From contig CAWFGE010000017.1 of assembly GCA_963815195.1 (NCBI GenBank), forward strand, positions 64,001 through 128,000: DNA of 64,000 nt. The letters run 5' to 3'. This document shows positions 19,105-29,615 of the stretch, in pieces. The translations under genes were made by a program, and so were the position numbers. The notes beneath the pieces are model-generated. The model worked only from the letters and a program-made list of their open reading frames with translations, was not told the origin of the DNA and did not search any database. The number at the start of each line of letters is the position of its first letter. Positions within the stretch are counted from its first letter, which is position 1. This stretch comes from an uncultured Planctomycetaceae bacterium. Lineage in GTDB: Bacteria; Planctomycetota; Planctomycetia; Planctomycetales; Planctomycetaceae.

Positions 19105-21428
19105 ATGGAACGGCGAGAAATCACGGTCGAGGGAATCGTGCAAGGGGTCGGGTTTCGGCCCTTTATTCATCGACTGGCTTCCCAATATCAGTTGGACGGC
19201 TTCGCCAAGAACCGGGCCGGTTCCGTGCTGATCGAAGTCGAGGGCGAACCGCAGTCGCTGTCTCGATTTCTGGAGGATTTGGAGCAACAGCCCCCGGCCT
19301 TGTCCCGCATTGATGACGTGCGCTGGAAATCCTTGCCGGTCCGCGGCGAACGCGGGTTTCGCATCGAACACAGCGACCTGGCGTTTCCCAGCCCGGTTTT
19401 CATCTCACCGGACATGGGGGTGTGTGCGGACTGCCTGAGGGAACTGTTCGATCCGGAGGACCGCCGATACCGATATCCGTTTCTCAACTGCACCCGTTGC
19501 GGGCCGCGGTTGACGATCATCGAGGCCTCGCCCTACGACCGCGAGCGGACGACGATGGCCGGCTTTCGAATGTGCCCCGCGTGCCGAGCCGAGTACGACG
19601 ATCCAAGAGACCGCCGGTTCCACGCGCAACCGACGGCTTGGCGGAATGCGGCCCCCGCCTCGAACTTCTGAAGTCCACCGGCGAGCGAATCGGCAGCAGC
19701 GATCCGCTCGCCGCTTTTGCCCTGCACCTCTTGCAAGGGCAGATCGGTGCCGTCAAAGGCTTGGGCGGATTTCACCTCGTCTGCGATGCCCGCAATGAAA
19801 TCGTTGTGAAGGAACTCCGCCGCCGCAAGCATCGCGATGAAAGACCCTTCGCGGTGATGGTGTGGGATGTCGCTACCGTTCAAAGCCTCTGTGAATTGAA
19901 TCCTCAGGAGCGCGAACTCCTGGGATCGCAGCGGCGGCCGATTGTGCTGTTGAAAAAACGAACTCCTTCGGACAATGCGAATGCGATCTCCGAAGCTGTC
20001 GCGCCGGGAAATCCGTATCTTGGCGTGATGCTGCCTTACACGCCGTTGCATTTTCTTATGATGGAGGCCGCGGACGGGGTGCCTTTGGTGCTGACCAGCG
20101 GCAATCGTGCGGACGAGCCGATCGCCTACACCGATACCGACGCCCTCGAGCGGCTGGCCGACATTGCGGACGTGTTCTTAACGCACAATCGAGAAATCCA
20201 TGTCCGCTGTGATGATTCCGTCACGCGGATTGTCGACGGTCTGGAACAACCCGTCCGCCGGTCCCGCGGCTATGCCCCGGAACCGGTTAAACTGCCGAGC
20301 GGGTGCACTCGTCCCGTCCTCGCGGTGGGCGGGCAATTGAAGGGCGTGTTTGCGTTGGGGCGGGATCGGCAGGCGTTCCTCAGCCATCATTTGGGCGATT
20401 TGGACCACTATGCCGCTTACGCGGCGTTCGAGCGGGACGTGCGGCGGTATGAGCAACTCTTCGACGTTCGCCCCGAATTGATCGTGCACGATCTGCATCC
20501 CGATTATGCTTCGACAACCTATGCAAAAGAGCGGGCCGCGCGCGAAGGACTGGAACTGTTGGGCGTTCAGCATCATCACGCGCACCTGGCAAGCTCGATG
20601 GCCGAGCATGGTTTGGAGGAACCGGTCATCGGCGTGTGCTTTGACGGCACGGGCTTCGGGACCGACGGGGCGATCTGGGGCGGCGAATTTCTGATGGGGG
20701 ATCTGCGGCGATTCACGCGGGCGGCTCATTTGCGGTACGTCCCGCTGCCGGGCGGCGACAAAGCCGTCCGCGAACCCTGGCGCATGGCGGCCTCGCACCT
20801 CTGGGACGCCGGTTGTGAGAACATCAATCTGCTCGATGTTTCCTTCGGCGAGCGGCGGACGATCGAGCGGATGATCGAACGGAATTTCAATTCGCCCATG
20901 ACTTCGAGCATGGGCCGATTGTTCGATGCCGTCGCTGCGATCACAGGCGTCAGATCGCGGGTCCGTTACGAAGGGCAGGCGGCGATCGAATTGGAATGGC
21001 TGGCGACGGATGTTCCGGCGGCCGGAAGTTATCCGTTTGAAGTCACAGATAGCATCGACACTCGCCCGCTGATTCGTGCCGTCGTGGAAGACCTCAAACG
21101 CCAAACGAACGTTGGAACCATCGCGAGGCAGTTTCATTCAAGCTTAGTGGAGATGATTGCCGCAATCTGTCAGCGGGTGCGTTCCAACACGCAAGTCGAA
21201 GCGGTGGTGCTCAGCGGCGGTGTGTTTCTGAATGCCCTGTTGACTCGTGAGGCAACCGCCCGGTTGAAAGCGGACGGATTTCGGGTGTATCGGCATCGGC
21301 TCGTGCCTCCGAACGATGGCGGTTTGGCGTTGGGACAATTGGCGATCGCGGCCGCCGCGATCAACGCTCCACCATCGGATCACAAAGACTCGGAACAACC
21401 AGCGCCTTTAACGGCGTCCCCCTCATAA
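19105..21428 (+). CDS. hypF: [NiFe]-hydrogenase maturation carbamoyltransferase (frameshift ~19640)
   Basis: GIVQGVGFRPF, CxxC zinc fingers, RRFHAQP, KGLGGFHL, HDLHPDY, QHHHAH, PPNDGG. Confidence 0.95.
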
Positions 21429-21439
21429 CGGAGCCTCCC

Positions 21440-21691
21440 ATGTGCCTTGGGATTCCCGGCAAAGTCGTTGAAACCTACGAAGAGCACGATGTGCTGATGG
21501 GCAAAGTCGATTTCGGCGGCGTCTTCAAGCGGGTCTGCCTCGCGCACACGCCGGACGCGGAGCCGGGGCAGTACGTCATCGTGCACGTGGGGTTTGCGCT
21601 CCAGGTCATCGACGAGGAAGAAGCCTGGCAGGTGTTTGAGTTCTTGAATCGCATGAACGAGTTGGACGAACTGGAAGCCGGCGATGCTTGA
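21440..21691 (+). CDS. hypC: hydrogenase maturation chaperone
   Basis: MCLGIPGKV...YVIVHVGFA. Confidence 0.97.
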   Translation: MCLGIPGKVVETYEEHDVLMGKVDFGGVFKRVCLAHTPDAEPGQYVIVHVGFALQVIDEEEAWQVFEFLNRMNELDELEAGDA

Positions 21692-21706
21692 ACAAGAAAG
21701 CGTCCG

Positions 21707-22831
21707 ATGAAATACCAAGACGAATATCGCGATCCGAAGGCGGCGAACAGGCTCCGGGAGATGATCCGGAACGCGACCACGCAGCCGTGGACGATCATGG
21801 AAGTCTGCGGCGGGCAGACGCACACGATCGTCAAGTATGGCATCGTTGAACTCCTGCCGCCGGAGATCGAACTCGTGCACGGGCCAGGTTGTCCGGTGTG
21901 TGTCACGCCTTTGGAGTTGATCGATAAAGCCCTCGAGATCGCCGCCCGCCCGGATGTGATTTTCTGCTCGTTCGGGGACATGCTCCGCGTCCCGGGCAGC
22001 CGGCGGGATTTGTTTTCGGTCAAGGCCGCCGGCGGGGATGTGCGGATCGTGTATTCCCCGCTCGATTGCCTGAAAATCGCCGAGCAAAATCCCGACCGCA
22101 CCGTGGTGTTTTTTGCCGTGGGTTTCGAGACGACCGCTCCCGCGAATGCGATGGCCGTTTGGCAGGCGAAGAAGCGGGGCATCGAGAATTTCGCGGTGCT
22201 CGTGTCGCAAGTTCTGGTGCCGCCGGCGATGACGGCGATTCTTTCTTCCCCCCAAAACCGCGTGCAGGGCTTTCTCGCCGCCGGGCATGTGTGCTCGGTG
22301 ATGGGCTACGAAGAATACGAACCGCTCGCCGAGAGATTTCAAGTTCCGATCGTGGTGACGGGCTTCGAGCCGCTCGATCTCTTGGAAGGCATCTATCAAT
22401 GCGTCTGCCAGTTGGAACTGGGCCGGGTCGGCGTGCAAAACCAATACGCCCGGGCCGTCCGCCGCGAAGGCAATCCGGCGGCCAGGCAATTGATCCAGGA
22501 CGTGTTTGAAGTCGGCGACCGAAAATGGCGGGGCATCGGCACGATTCCCCAAAGCGGTTATCGGCTCCGCCCCGAATATGCCCATTACGATGCCGAGCGG
22601 CGGTTCGCCGTCGATCAGTTGGAAGTGCTCGAATCGGACGAGTGCATCAGTGGCATTATCTTGCAAGGCGTGAAGAAGCCGCACGAGTGCCCCGCGTTCG
22701 GCAAAACCTGCACGCCGGAGCATCCCCTGGGAGCCACGATGGTTTCCTCGGAAGGGGCGTGCGCGGCGTATTACAACTATGGACGCTATCGCGAAAGTTC
22801 TCGGAACGTGTTCGTCAACTCCCCGAAATGA
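21707..22831 (+). CDS. hypD: hydrogenase maturation protein
   Basis: [33 protein letters not shown]. Confidence 0.97.
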   Translation: MKYQDEYRDPKAANRLREMIRNATTQPWTIMEVCGGQTHTIVKYGIVELLPPEIELVHGPGCPVCVTPLELIDKALEIAARPDVIFCSFGDMLRVPGSRRDLFSVKAAGGDVRIVYSPLDCLKIAEQNPDRTVVFFAVGFETTAPANAMAVWQAKKRGIENFAVLVSQVLVPPAMTAILSSPQNRVQGFLAAGHVCSVMGYEEYEPLAERFQVPIVVTGFEPLDLLEGIYQCVCQLELGRVGVQNQYARAVRREGNPAARQLIQDVFEVGDRKWRGIGTIPQSGYRLRPEYAHYDAERRFAVDQLEVLESDECISGIILQGVKKPHECPAFGKTCTPEHPLGATMVSSEGACAAYYNYGRYRESSRNVFVNSPK

Positions 22832-22844
22832 AGCACCGCGAAAA

Positions 22845-23948
22845 ATGTCTGATCCTTCCGGCAGAACAATGAACGCGGACGGCTTCGGGTCGTGTCCGTT
22901 GCCGCGGACGGACTCCGAGCGGATATTGCTCGGCCACGGCAGCGGGGGCAAGTTGAGTGCCGACCTGATCCAGCGGCTGTTCCTGCCCGCGCTCGGGAAC
23001 GATGTCCTCGATGCCTTGGAAGATCAGGCGACGCTCGCCTTGGACCGCAACGTCCTCCAAAGCAACGGCGTCCCCGCGGCCCGGCTGGCGTTCACGACGG
23101 ATGCCTTCGTCGTCAAACCGTTGTTCTTTCCCGGCGGCGACATCGGCAAGCTCGCAGTGCATGGCACGGTCAACGACCTGGCCGTCGGCGGGGCGAGGCC
23201 TTTGTATCTGTCGGCGGCATTCATTCTTGAAGAGGGTCTCGCCATCGAAAGCCTAAAGCGGATTGTCCGTTCCATGCGCGAAGCGTGCGAAGAAGCCGGC
23301 GTCCAGCTTGTCACCGGCGATACGAAAGTCGTCGATCGCGGCAAAGGCGACGAGGTGTTTATCACCACCTCCGGCATCGGCATCGTGCCCGCCGGTCGCC
23401 ATCTGTCGATCCGGAATGCCCGGCCGGGCGACCGTGTGCTGGTCTCCGGGACGATCGGCGATCACGGCATCGCAATCATGTCCGTCCGCGAAGGCATCGA
23501 GTTTGAAACTCTGTTGGAAAGCGACACCGCGGCCCTCCACGATTTGACGCGGGTCATGCTCGAAGCCTGCCCGAGGGTCCGCCTGATGCGCGATCCCACC
23601 CGCGGCGGCGTGTCGAGCACGGTGAACGAACTCGCGTCGGCTTCCAACGTCGGCATCAAGCTCGATGAAGCCGCGATCCCCCTGCGACGGGAAGTCCGCG
23701 CGGCCTGCGAGATGCTCGGCCTCGATCCGTTATATGTCGCCAACGAAGGCAAACTGATCGCCGTCGTTCCACCCGATGATGCGGAACGGCTTTTAGAGAC
23801 CATGCAAAGTCATCCCTTGGGGAAAAATGCCGCGATCATCGGAGACGTGGTGGAGAAGCACGCGGGGATGGTGGTGATGCGGTCGCGCATTGGCGGCGAG
23901 CGGGTCGTCACCATGCTGGCGGGAGAACAACTCCCCAGAATCTGCTGA
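22845..23948 (+). CDS. hypE: hydrogenase maturation carbamoyl dehydratase
   Basis: HGSGG, PLFFPGGDIG, RDPTRGG, C-terminal QLPRIC. Confidence 0.97.
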   Translation: MSDPSGRTMNADGFGSCPLPRTDSERILLGHGSGGKLSADLIQRLFLPALGNDVLDALEDQATLALDRNVLQSNGVPAARLAFTTDAFVVKPLFFPGGDIGKLAVHGTVNDLAVGGARPLYLSAAFILEEGLAIESLKRIVRSMREACEEAGVQLVTGDTKVVDRGKGDEVFITTSGIGIVPAGRHLSIRNARPGDRVLVSGTIGDHGIAIMSVREGIEFETLLESDTAALHDLTRVMLEACPRVRLMRDPTRGGVSSTVNELASASNVGIKLDEAAIPLRREVRAACEMLGLDPLYVANEGKLIAVVPPDDAERLLETMQSHPLGKNAAIIGDVVEKHAGMVVMRSRIGGERVVTMLAGEQLPRIC

Positions 23949-23955
23949 GGAAACC

Positions 23956-24297
23956 GTGCACGAGCTTTCCATCGCCTTAAACCTGATCGAGATCGCGGCC
24001 GAGGAAGCCCGGCAGCGCGGCGTGCGGGTGACGGCTTTGCATCTGAAGGTCGGGCCGCTCTCCGGCGTGGTGGCGGAGGCGTTGGTGTCGGCTTACGAAC
24101 TGGCCCGCGAAGGCACGCTGTTGGACAACTCTCGGCTGGAGATTGAAGAGACCTCCATCACCATGAACTGCCCCGCGTGCGACGCCCCGCGCGCGGTGGC
24201 GTCGATTCAGAATTTGTGTTGCAGCGCATGCGGCGAGCCCGCGATGGAGATCACCGGCGGCCGCGAACTGGAACTGACCGCTTTGGAGATTGAATGA
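23956..24297 (+). CDS. hypA: hydrogenase nickel metallochaperone
   Basis: GTG start MHELSIA, CPAC...CSAC, GGRELEL. Confidence 0.95.
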   Translation: MHELSIALNLIEIAAEEARQRGVRVTALHLKVGPLSGVVAEALVSAYELAREGTLLDNSRLEIEETSITMNCPACDAPRAVASIQNLCCSACGEPAMEITGGRELELTALEIE

Positions 24298-24959
24298 TGA
24301 CCACAACCCGCCTGGTCGAAGTCCGCACGAAGATCCTCAAGCAAAACGACGTGGCCGCCCGCCAGCTTCGCGAGCGGTTCCAGGCCGCCGGCGTGTTTGT
24401 GGTCAGCCTGGTTTCCAGCCCCGGGTCCGGCAAAACGACCTTCCTGCAGAAGACGCTGGAGAGCCTGCGGGACAAATACCGCGTCGCAGCACTCGTCGGC
24501 GACCTCGCGACCGAAAATGACGCCGCCCGTCTTGCGAAAGCCAACGTGCCGGTCCGCCAAATCACCACGGGCACGGTCTGCCATTTGGAAGCCGACATGG
24601 TCGCAGAGGCCCTCGGCGGCTGGCGGCTCGAGGAACTCGATTTTCTGTTTGTGGAGAACGTGGGGAATCTCGTCTGCCCGGCGACTTATGATCTGGGCGA
24701 AGCGCTCCGGCTCGTGCTGTTTTCCGTCACCGAAGGCGAAGACAAGCCGCTCAAGTACCCGACGATCTTCAACACGGCCGACCTCGCGGTCATCACCAAA
24801 ACCGATCTCGCCGCAGCCGTGGAGTTTAATGCCGACGCCGCGAGGCAAAGCATCCAAGCCGTCCGCCCCGGCATGGAGACGATGGAACTCTCGGCAAAAA
24901 CCGGCGAGGGCATGGACGCATGGCTCAACCGCTTGACCGCCGGCCGCCAGGGGCCGTAG
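24294..24959 (+). CDS. hypB: hydrogenase nickel incorporation GTPase
   Basis: SSPGSGKT, CHLEA, ENVGNLVCPA, EGEDKPLKYP. Confidence 0.97.
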   Translation: MMTTTRLVEVRTKILKQNDVAARQLRERFQAAGVFVVSLVSSPGSGKTTFLQKTLESLRDKYRVAALVGDLATENDAARLAKANVPVRQITTGTVCHLEADMVAEALGGWRLEELDFLFVENVGNLVCPATYDLGEALRLVLFSVTEGEDKPLKYPTIFNTADLAVITKTDLAAAVEFNADAARQSIQAVRPGMETMELSAKTGEGMDAWLNRLTAGRQGP

Positions 24960-25081
24960 AGATTGCGGACCCCGGAGTTGAACGCCGGCCGGCTGGCTGG
25001 CATCGTCACGGCTCGCGCTGGCGTGGCCGGGACGGCCATCGAACCCATTGTGCAACGACTTTTCCGTGGGTGTCGGCTGCT

Positions 25082-25267
25082 TTAATCGGGTGTTGAGCCC
25101 CATCTCAGGAACACCAGTTCTCGATGGGTTTCCCGCGGATCGAACCGCACCGCGGCCACGTTCTGGGACGGGGCGATGTTGTAATGGGGCGCGAGGTCCG
25201 GCACGTCCACGTCGAAAAGGTCGGCGATGTCCCGGGCCGGAGTGCGAAGCGTAAATCTGCCACACAT
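25082..25267 (-). pseudogene. truncated SOS response-associated peptidase (SRAP/YedK-like)
   Basis: MCGRFTL...YNIAPSQ...LRWG, then a stop; I could not find the rest of the domain in any frame. Confidence 0.75.
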
Positions 25268-25379
25268 GGGTTTTCCTGTGCGTGACTGCCGGTGATGATT
25301 TTCTTCCCTCCTCAAATGTAAGCCACACGCTCGTTTTGTTCGAGGCCGATTTGTGATTTGACAGCCGCAAAGGTTCAAA

Positions 25380-25473
25380 GTGAGCGGTAGGCGCTAGCCT
25401 CCGGCGGCGATGAAGTGAAATTCACAAAGTCAAGTCCGGCGGCTAGTCACCCAGAGGGTCCCCGGCCGCTCAC
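25380..25473. repeat. degenerate REPIN-like element (GTGAGCGG family)
   Basis: GTGAGCGGTAGGCGCTAGCCTCCGG ... CCGGCGGCTAG...CCGCTCAC. Confidence 0.5.
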
Positions 25474-25487
25474 GCGGAGTTCAAACT

Positions 25488-26887
25488 TTAAGGCTTGCTT
25501 TCCTGAGCGACGACGGGCCGGCCTGAGGTGATCCAGGCTTTGTAGCCTCCGATCAAGTCGAACACATTCTCGCGGCCGGCTTTTTCCAACAGGCTCGCGG
25601 CCGCCGAGGAACGGTAGCCGCCTTGACAATGCACCACCACCGGACCGGTCGCGGGAACTTCGCTCAAGCGGTCGGCGAGGTGATTGAGCGGGATGTTTCG
25701 GCTGCCTGCAATGTGGCCCGTCTCCCATTCGCTGGGCGCGCGGACGTCGATAATCGACGGTTCGCCCTCCAGTTCCTCGACGGCGTTCGCCGCGATGCGG
25801 TTTGTCACGTCAATTTGGTCGGATCGCTCCTGCAGCGAGGCCATCCCGTCTTTGAGGTAGCCGGCCACGTTGTCGAACCCGATCCGGCCCAGCCGCATGA
25901 CCGCCTCTTCGACGCGGTCGGCGTCCGCAATCACGACAATGGGAACATCCTTCTTCAACAGCGTGCCGGCCCAGGTGGCGTATTTCCCGTCGATGCCGAT
26001 GTTGAGCGAACCCCGCAGATGGGCGCTCGCAAAACTCGCCGCATCGCGGACATCGACCAATTGAGCGCCTGCGCCGGCCAGATCCAGCACGCGGTCCAGT
26101 TCGAGCGGCTGAAGCGATTGACCGAGTGCCGTCTCCAGGCTCGGCCGTTCTTGGCGGTTGAGGAGAGCGTCGTGTCCGAAGTAAGCCGGGGCTTCGGGCT
26201 GGTCCGCGGTAATCAACTTCACGAACTCTTCGCGGGACATCGGCTGAAGGGCGTAATTGTACCGCCGCTGCTGGCCGAGCGTGGAGACCGCCTCGTCGCT
26301 CAACTGCTTGCCGCACATCGAGCCGGCCCCGTGCGCGGGGTAAACCAGCGTGTCGTCCGGAAGTTTGAGCAGCTTCTCGTGCAGCGAATCGTAGAGCATG
26401 TTCGCCAGTTCGTCGGCGGTCATGCCGATGGACGCCAACAGGTCGGGCCGGCCCACATCGCCTAAGAACAACGTGTCGCCCGTCAAGACGGCATACGGTT
26501 TTGCAGGGTTCGTTTTGTCGTCATAGACCAGGATCGAAAGCCCTTCCGGAGTATGGCCGGGCGTTTCCATCGCGACCAGCCGGACCGAACCCAATTCGAT
26601 CGCGTCCCCGTCTTTGAGCGGGGTGAAGTCGAATTCCGCCTGGGCCTTGGCTCCGAAATAAATCCGCGCACCAGCCGGTCCCGCAATTCGATATGCCCGG
26701 AAACAAAGTCGGCATGAAAGTGCGTGAGGATGACGTGCTTGATCGTAAAGCCGTGCTCGCGGGCGTCGTTTACATAAATGGCGATGTCGCGCTGCGGGTC
26801 GACGACGGCGGCGATTTTGGTTTCCTCATCCGCCAACATGTACGAGGCGTGGGATAGACATTCGAGGTAATACCGCTGAAAAAACAT
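25488..26887 (-). CDS. MBL-fold hydrolase / double rhodanese fusion (persulfide dioxygenase-like; frameshift ~26670)
   Basis: THFHADFVSGH, TPGHTPE, GDTLFLGDVGRPDL, PAHGAGSMCG, C-terminal HCQGGYRS. Confidence 0.92.
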
Positions 26888-26950
26888 GGCCGTGCCTTTC
26901 TGAAAACAGTGGTTCCTTCGCTTGCGACCGAATCTCGCCCGCACAAATCC

Positions 26951-26978
26951 ATTATATCGCAAGGTTTCGACATGTCAA
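26951..26978 (-). promoter_or_regulatory. consensus sigma70 promoter of the MBL-rhodanese gene
   Basis: Minus strand reads TTGACA-N16-TATAAT. Confidence 0.7.
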
Positions 26979-27224
26979 TATAAATCCCGCCATGCACAAA
27001 CCGGCGCTGAAGCTGGGACAATGGTGGGACGGATGAGTCGGCCCTCGCCGCGCGACAACCGCCCGCCGGAATCGTGCGCGGTCATCAAGATTCAAGACCA
27101 AGTTGGCCTATGGTCTGTGGTCCGGAAAACATCACGCCGCTGAAGGTTCAATGTACCGCGAGCGGGGCCGGATTCAAATTGTGTCAATAGAAATGGCGGA
27201 ACTTTCCCCGCCGATTTTCTGAAA

Positions 27225-27974
27225 CTAATTGCTCCCGCTCAGCGCGGCCATCAACACGCCGGCGGCGACGGAGACGTTGAGGGACGTGATTTCCCCACGC
27301 GGGCAAATGCGGCAGAGTTCGTCGCAGTGCTCGCTCGTCAGCCGGCGGAGGCCTTTTTCTTCGTTCCCTAATACCAACAGCCACGGCCGATCGCGATCGA
27401 CTTGGGAAAGATCGCGGGTCGCGTGTTCCGAGGTGCCCAGGACCCAAAGCCCCGCATCTTTGGCTTTTTTGATCGCCCGGCTGAGATTCGGCGGCTGGGC
27501 GAAGGGCACGCATTCCAATCCGCCCGACGCCACGTCATAGACCGTCGCGCTCAAGGGGGCGGAACGGTCCTTGGTGACGATGATCCCGCGAACGCCAAAA
27601 AACGCCGCCGTGCGAAAGATCGCCCCGACGTTGTGGGGGTCTTGAATCTGATCCAGCGCCAGCCACAGCCCGGGGAGATTGCTATCAATATTTTGAAAGA
27701 GTTGATCGAGCGTGACATCGGGATGTTCTTTGACAATCGCGATATTTGTTCCCGTGCGGCCCATCGCGTTCGCCGCCTCCCGCCGGCTTTTTCTTCGCGG
27801 TTCGTTTCGCGCGGACACCCGGCGGACGAGAATGCGATGCTCGGCCGCGAGCGTCGCCACCGCGTCCCAGCCGGTACTCGGTTGAGCGGCAGTTAACTGC
27901 ACCTCGAGCACCGCCGTGGGCCGATGTTCCAAGGCGGCCAGCACGCTATGAGGATTGCGAAGCTCCCAAGCCAC
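27225..27974 (-). CDS. TrmH/SpoU (RlmB-like) RNA 2'-O-methyltransferase
   Basis: LDQIQDPHNVGAIFRTA, GNEEKGLR, SLNVSVAAG. Confidence 0.92.
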   Translation of the reverse strand: MAWELRNPHSVLAALEHRPTAVLEVQLTAAQPSTGWDAVATLAAEHRILVRRVSARNEPRRKSRREAANAMGRTGTNIAIVKEHPDVTLDQLFQNIDSNLPGLWLALDQIQDPHNVGAIFRTAAFFGVRGIIVTKDRSAPLSATVYDVASGGLECVPFAQPPNLSRAIKKAKDAGLWVLGTSEHATRDLSQVDRDRPWLLVLGNEEKGLRRLTSEHCDELCRICPRGEITSLNVSVAAGVLMAALSGSN

Positions 27975-27985
27975 GGAAAATCTCG

Positions 27986-28789
27986 CTAGTCTGGTATCAT
28001 GTTTCGTTGACGATGGACTTCATAAAGCAGAATCCCCGCCGAGACGGCCGCGTTCAGGGAACCTACTTGTCCGGTTTGAGGGATCGCAACCCGCAGGTTG
28101 CAGGCCTCGAGCAATTCTGGACGAATGCCAGAACCTTCGTTTCCGATAACGAGCGCAATCGGTCCGGTCAGGTTAATATGATAGATCGGCGTCGAGGATT
28201 TTTCACTCGCCCCTAGAATCTGAACACCGCGACTTTTCCAGTCGGTAATGACATCCAATAGATCCGGCGAGCGAATCATCGTCAAATAATTCACCGCCCC
28301 GGCGGAACTGCGGGCGACCTGACTTGTCACACCCGTTTGACCCTGTTCGCCGATCACGATGGCGTTTGTTCCTAGGACTTCCGCGGAGCGGAGGATGGCT
28401 CCGAAGTTATAAGGATCTTGAATGCCGTCTAGTATCAAGAAGAGCGGGTTATCCGGCCAATTCGTTTGGAGAGTCGCCAAGTCGTCATAGGGATAGGGAG
28501 GCATCTTGGCGAGATAGCCTTGATGCTCCTGCGAGCCGCCGGTTTTTGTCAGGTCCTGGCTCGATTCAAAGCCATAAGGAACGCCGAGTTGTTCCGCGAG
28601 TTCCCCGGCTTGGTTTTGCTCCTGTTGAGGCAGTTCGTTCGCGAACCGGAGTTCGTAGATCGGCCACTTGCCGGCTTTCATGGTTTCCAGAACGACGTGC
28701 CGGCCCCAGAGCCAACAGCGTTGATGGCTGCTTAACAGAGGTTGTTTCGCCCGGCGTTTCCGCCGCGACCGGCGAGATCGTTCCACCAT
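27986..28789 (-). CDS. TrmH/SpoU (RlmB-like) RNA 2'-O-methyltransferase
   Basis: HQG, LDGIQDPYNFGAILRSA, GNEGSG, SLNAAVSAG. Confidence 0.92.
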   Translation of the reverse strand: MVERSRRSRRKRRAKQPLLSSHQRCWLWGRHVVLETMKAGKWPIYELRFANELPQQEQNQAGELAEQLGVPYGFESSQDLTKTGGSQEHQGYLAKMPPYPYDDLATLQTNWPDNPLFLILDGIQDPYNFGAILRSAEVLGTNAIVIGEQGQTGVTSQVARSSAGAVNYLTMIRSPDLLDVITDWKSRGVQILGASEKSSTPIYHINLTGPIALVIGNEGSGIRPELLEACNLRVAIPQTGQVGSLNAAVSAGILLYEVHRQRNMIPD

Positions 28790-28796
28790 CGGGACA

Positions 28797-29004
28797 ACCG
28801 GACGCTAGCCAAATCGGGATAACCGGACGCAAACGCGTTCCGGCTGATGATTTCTTGTATTCATTTCATTAGCCGCAGGAGTTTCAGTCGCTCAAATCGA
28901 AGGCGGCGTCGGCACGCTGATGATTTCTTGTATTCATTTCATTAGCCGCAGGGTGCTCGCCCCGGTTCAGAGGGCAACCGGACGCGAGCGCGTTCCGGCT
29001 GATG
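28797..29004. repeat. cluster of REP-like units and a 35-bp direct repeat
   Basis: AACCGGACGC(A/G)A(A/G)CGCGTTCCGGCTGATG twice; TGATGATTTCTTGTATTCATTTCATTAGCCGCAGG twice. Confidence 0.65.
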
Positions 29005-29007
29005 GTT

Positions 29008-29382
29008 TCAAAATTCCTCATCGTCGAGGTCGTCCAAGTCGTCGTCCTCGTCTTCTTCATCCTCATCCTCGTCGAAATCGTCGTCGAAGTCGTCATCGTC
29101 CTCGAAATCGTCGTCGAAGTCGTCATCGTCCTCAAAGTCTTCGTCTTCGAATTCTTCATCGTCGAATTCCTCGTCCTCAAGATCATCGTCGAGATCGTCG
29201 TCGAGATCGTCTCGATCGTCGTCATCGTCGTCCGTCAGGAAATCATCGAAGTCTTCATCATCATCGACAGCGACGCTCTCGAAGCCGGTCCATGCGTGGG
29301 GAAAGCCGGAGGACGAACTCCGGCGGGCCAGATCGATCACAGGCGCTCTGGTCTCCTTATCCTGGTTGCTGAGAGTGACCAT
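29008..29382 (-). CDS. small, extremely acidic (D/E-rich) low-complexity protein
   Basis: ATG with a GAGG RBS; the C-terminal ~85 aa are mostly D/E with periodic F/L. Confidence 0.65.
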   Translation of the reverse strand: MVTLSNQDKETRAPVIDLARRSSSSGFPHAWTGFESVAVDDDEDFDDFLTDDDDDDRDDLDDDLDDDLEDEEFDDEEFEDEDFEDDDDFDDDFEDDDDFDDDFDEDEDEEDEDDDLDDLDDEEF

Positions 29383-29615
29383 CTGTGTACACCTCTAACA
29401 TATTGAAGTATTGGGAATGACTGCCAATGCCGACATCGATTTCACCCTCATTATTAAACATTTCGGGGCTTGTCAAGCACAAATGCACGGTCATTTCAGA
29501 TTCCGTTGATGGACGGTTTTCGACCTAACATCATTTATCATCAATTCTTAAATCGCGGCGAAAATACTGTTCAGGCCCGCCGTGCGCCGGAACGTTCGCG
29601 CCGGCGATTGCGGAA

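Noticed and set aside
19620..19671. Programmed frameshifting in hypF or other split genes
   Set aside because: No slippery heptamer is present, and similar breaks occur throughout unrelated genes.
29002..29406. Very hydrophobic V/I-rich plus-strand ORF
   Set aside because: It is the antisense reading of GAC/GAA codons of the acidic protein.
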